DNA of 9,212 nt from Amoeboradix gromovi X-113 (taxonomy: Eukaryota > Fungi > Sanchytriomycota): the NCBI GenBank assembly GCA_018985225.1, contig JADGIF010000407.1, positions 1 through 9,212 on the forward strand, written 5' to 3'. Position 1 is the first letter of the stretch. The number at the start of each line of letters is the position of its first letter. The translations under genes and the position numbers were made by a program. Below, piece by piece: positions 7,662 through 9,212 of the stretch. The notes beneath the pieces are model-generated. The model worked only from the letters and a program-made list of their open reading frames with translations, did not search any database and had not been told where the DNA came from.

Positions 7662-8590
7662 TCAAAATTGGGCCTCTACATCTTCAAATTCATCTAAATT
7701 AATTCTTAAATACCTTCAGTGATCGCAAACCAAAACTTGAACAGCATGACGTAGGCAATAAAGCTAAGAATAATTCCAAAGGGTGAACCATTTAGTGCAT
7801 TTCCTGATGCAAGGCATAATGAATTGCTGACAGTCATGTAAAATATAACGGACAATACGAAAAGTACCACAGCTATCAAAAGATAAATTATGGGTTTTCT
7901 TTGACTTAACTGCTTGAAAACAAGGTATGTCATCAAAATACAATACAGAGTAACGCTTATAATTGGCCATACTAGCAAAATTCCGTATAAAGCCGGTGAA
8001 TTAGTCCTAGCTGGACCTCCAAACGATCCAGATGTACCATTGCCAACCCCATTTGTAAACAACCCAGCCATTAACGATATCAAGGCGGTTGATAGCACTA
8101 TTCCACCAATAGATATTTTTGAGCCATCTTCAACAACTTGATAGCCCACAAATCCATTTAAAAACAAAATCCAAAAGAACCCAACCACCAATCCGGCATA
8201 AGTTGCAGACATTGAATAAATAGGACTCATTGCAGACAGATAAGCTGCATAAGCTTTTGCATTCCCAGGAGTATTCAATTCTATTTTTTTTCTAGTTGAA
8301 ATGACAAGAATGATGTTGCACGCTAATATCAATATGTAGACTATATTCATTAGATTCATTTCCACCCGTCCAACAGCTGCGTGCTTTGACCAGGTTCGAT
8401 AGATGATGATAGTAGTACCAAGAAACGCGAGAAATGAGGCAATCAATGAACCTAAATCGTCTTGAATGTTAGAATCAGCATATGCACTAGCCGACTTCCC
8501 CACATAACATGCCTGTATGACTGGAAATGCTTTACAAAAAGGGAATGACGCAGTCTTACAGAGAGCTGAAAAATCTCCAAATGTAGCCAT
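7662..8590 (-). CDS. CHS7: Chitin synthase export chaperone Chs7 family, paralog B; exons 8590-7714 and 7693-7662, 302 aa
   Basis: MATFGDFSALC...FP.C, KHAAVGRVEM, FWILFLNGFVGYQVVEDG and KFWFAITE. Exon 2 adds DEFEDVEAQF*, matching SEFEEVDTQF* of paralog A. First ATG is 8590. Confidence 0.9.
7694..7713 (-). other. 20-nt spliceosomal micro-intron GTATTTAAGAATTAATTTAG
   Basis: Removal gives GAA G|AT GAA (ITEDEFE), colinear with uninterrupted ITESEFE in paralog A. Contains an in-frame TAA. Confidence 0.93.
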
Positions 8591-8591
8591 T

Positions 8592-8604
8592 AAAATCAAG
8601 CCAC
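8592..8604 (-). promoter_or_regulatory. Conserved upstream motif GTGGCTTGATTTT (CHS7 paralog B)
   Basis: Identical to 7609-7621 and ends 1 nt before the ATG. Confidence 0.55.
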
Positions 8605-8763
8605 TTCAAAACTTCTAATTTAAGAATCTATTGTGTAAAAATGCTGGGGAATTGTCGTGGATAAATAATGGATTTATGTAGTCTCTCCTTAAGCTGTCAT
8701 GATTGGACCGGTTACAATCTATTAATTTTTAGGAAGTTAAAATGTGACAATTCCCCTTGATTT

Positions 8764-9147
8764 ATGAAATTTTCGTTCAACGCATCAAAGCTAAATACCT
8801 TCATGAAATATTGCAGCGATCCTCATGCAATATATGCGAAATATGAGGTCTGTACAAACAAAGACCAAAAGTCGCTGCTTTATTTGTTGTACCAGTTTTT
8901 CACTGACTTGGAAAGAATGTCTGATTACTTAAGTCTAGAAATACCTTTGCCGATTCTTCACATAATCGTGCAGTTTCTAAAGACGGATGCAATATATGTT
9001 CAGAAGCACAGTAAAAACGTCCATATATACCCTTATCTGGCGTCATTAGATCCTCTACTAGTTCGTAAATTTAAAAGCTTTGAGAATAACTCGAATAAAA
9101 AAGATCTTCGCATTAGTTTACAATACAAAGAAATCGATTCTAATTGA
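8764..9147 (+). CDS. Hypothetical protein (127 aa)
   Basis: ATG-initiated ORF divergent from CHS7-B. It has CCCC 7 nt upstream of the ATG and AATAAA overlapping the stop, like neighbouring real genes. No motif recognised. Confidence 0.6.
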   Translation: MKFSFNASKLNTFMKYCSDPHAIYAKYEVCTNKDQKSLLYLLYQFFTDLERMSDYLSLEIPLPILHIIVQFLKTDAIYVQKHSKNVHIYPYLASLDPLLVRKFKSFENNSNKKDLRISLQYKEIDSN

Positions 9148-9212
9148 ATAAATGGTTTATTTTGAAAGCGTGAATTTATTACCTCAGTAGAGTTTTCAAC
9201 TTGAATAAAAGT
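9136..9212. repeat. 77-bp direct repeat, copy 2 (runs off the window end)
   Basis: Identical to 3475-3551. It includes the last codons and stop of ORF 8764-9147. Confidence 0.97.

Noticed and set aside
6842-7713. Stop-codon reassignment (TAA/TAG read as Gln) to explain the truncated CHS7 ORFs
   Set aside because: The downstream homologous sequence is in a different frame, and PDB1, ATP20 and HXK end on TAG or TAA at expected positions.
264-8141. Short antisense ORFs in the track (264-599, 804-1223, 1294-1506, 1928-2134, 2310-2528, 2574-2756, 3129-3329, 3916-4101, 5091-5351, 6263-6460, 6279-6632, 6930-7121, 7914-8141) and same-strand 7764-7970
   Set aside because: Shadows of well-supported genes with no recognisable motifs.
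1-9212. Prokaryotic features (CRISPR array, operon, defence system)
   Set aside because: Gene content and introns are eukaryotic, and there are no regularly spaced repeats.

Overview
An AT-rich, very compact eukaryotic locus, most likely from a fungus or close relative. It carries two Chs7 chitin-synthase export chaperones, a GALNK-type GDP-mannose transporter and nuclear genes for mitochondrial PDH E1-beta and ATP synthase subunit g. Gene order: 3' end of hexokinase (+), PDB1 (+), ATP20 (-), tRNA-Leu(TAA) (+), F-BAR/SH3 protein (-), an unexplained ~500 bp gap holding a 77-bp repeat and a degenerate GATA-like zinc finger frame, a two-RRM protein (-), an unexplained ~600 bp gap, a divergent TGS1 (+), VRG4 (-), two tandem CHS7 paralogs (-), an orphan ORF (+) and a second repeat copy at the window end. 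The main finding is that four apparently broken or truncated ORFs are each repaired exactly by removing a 19-20 nt GT-AG segment. All four share the consensus GTA...A-N-TAA-NN-TAG, which points to ultra-short spliceosomal introns with a fixed branch point-to-acceptor distance. Most intergenic gaps are 5-173 nt, with AATAAA at stop codons and CCC or GTGGCTT motifs just before start codons. All calls come from reading the sequence; no searches were run.
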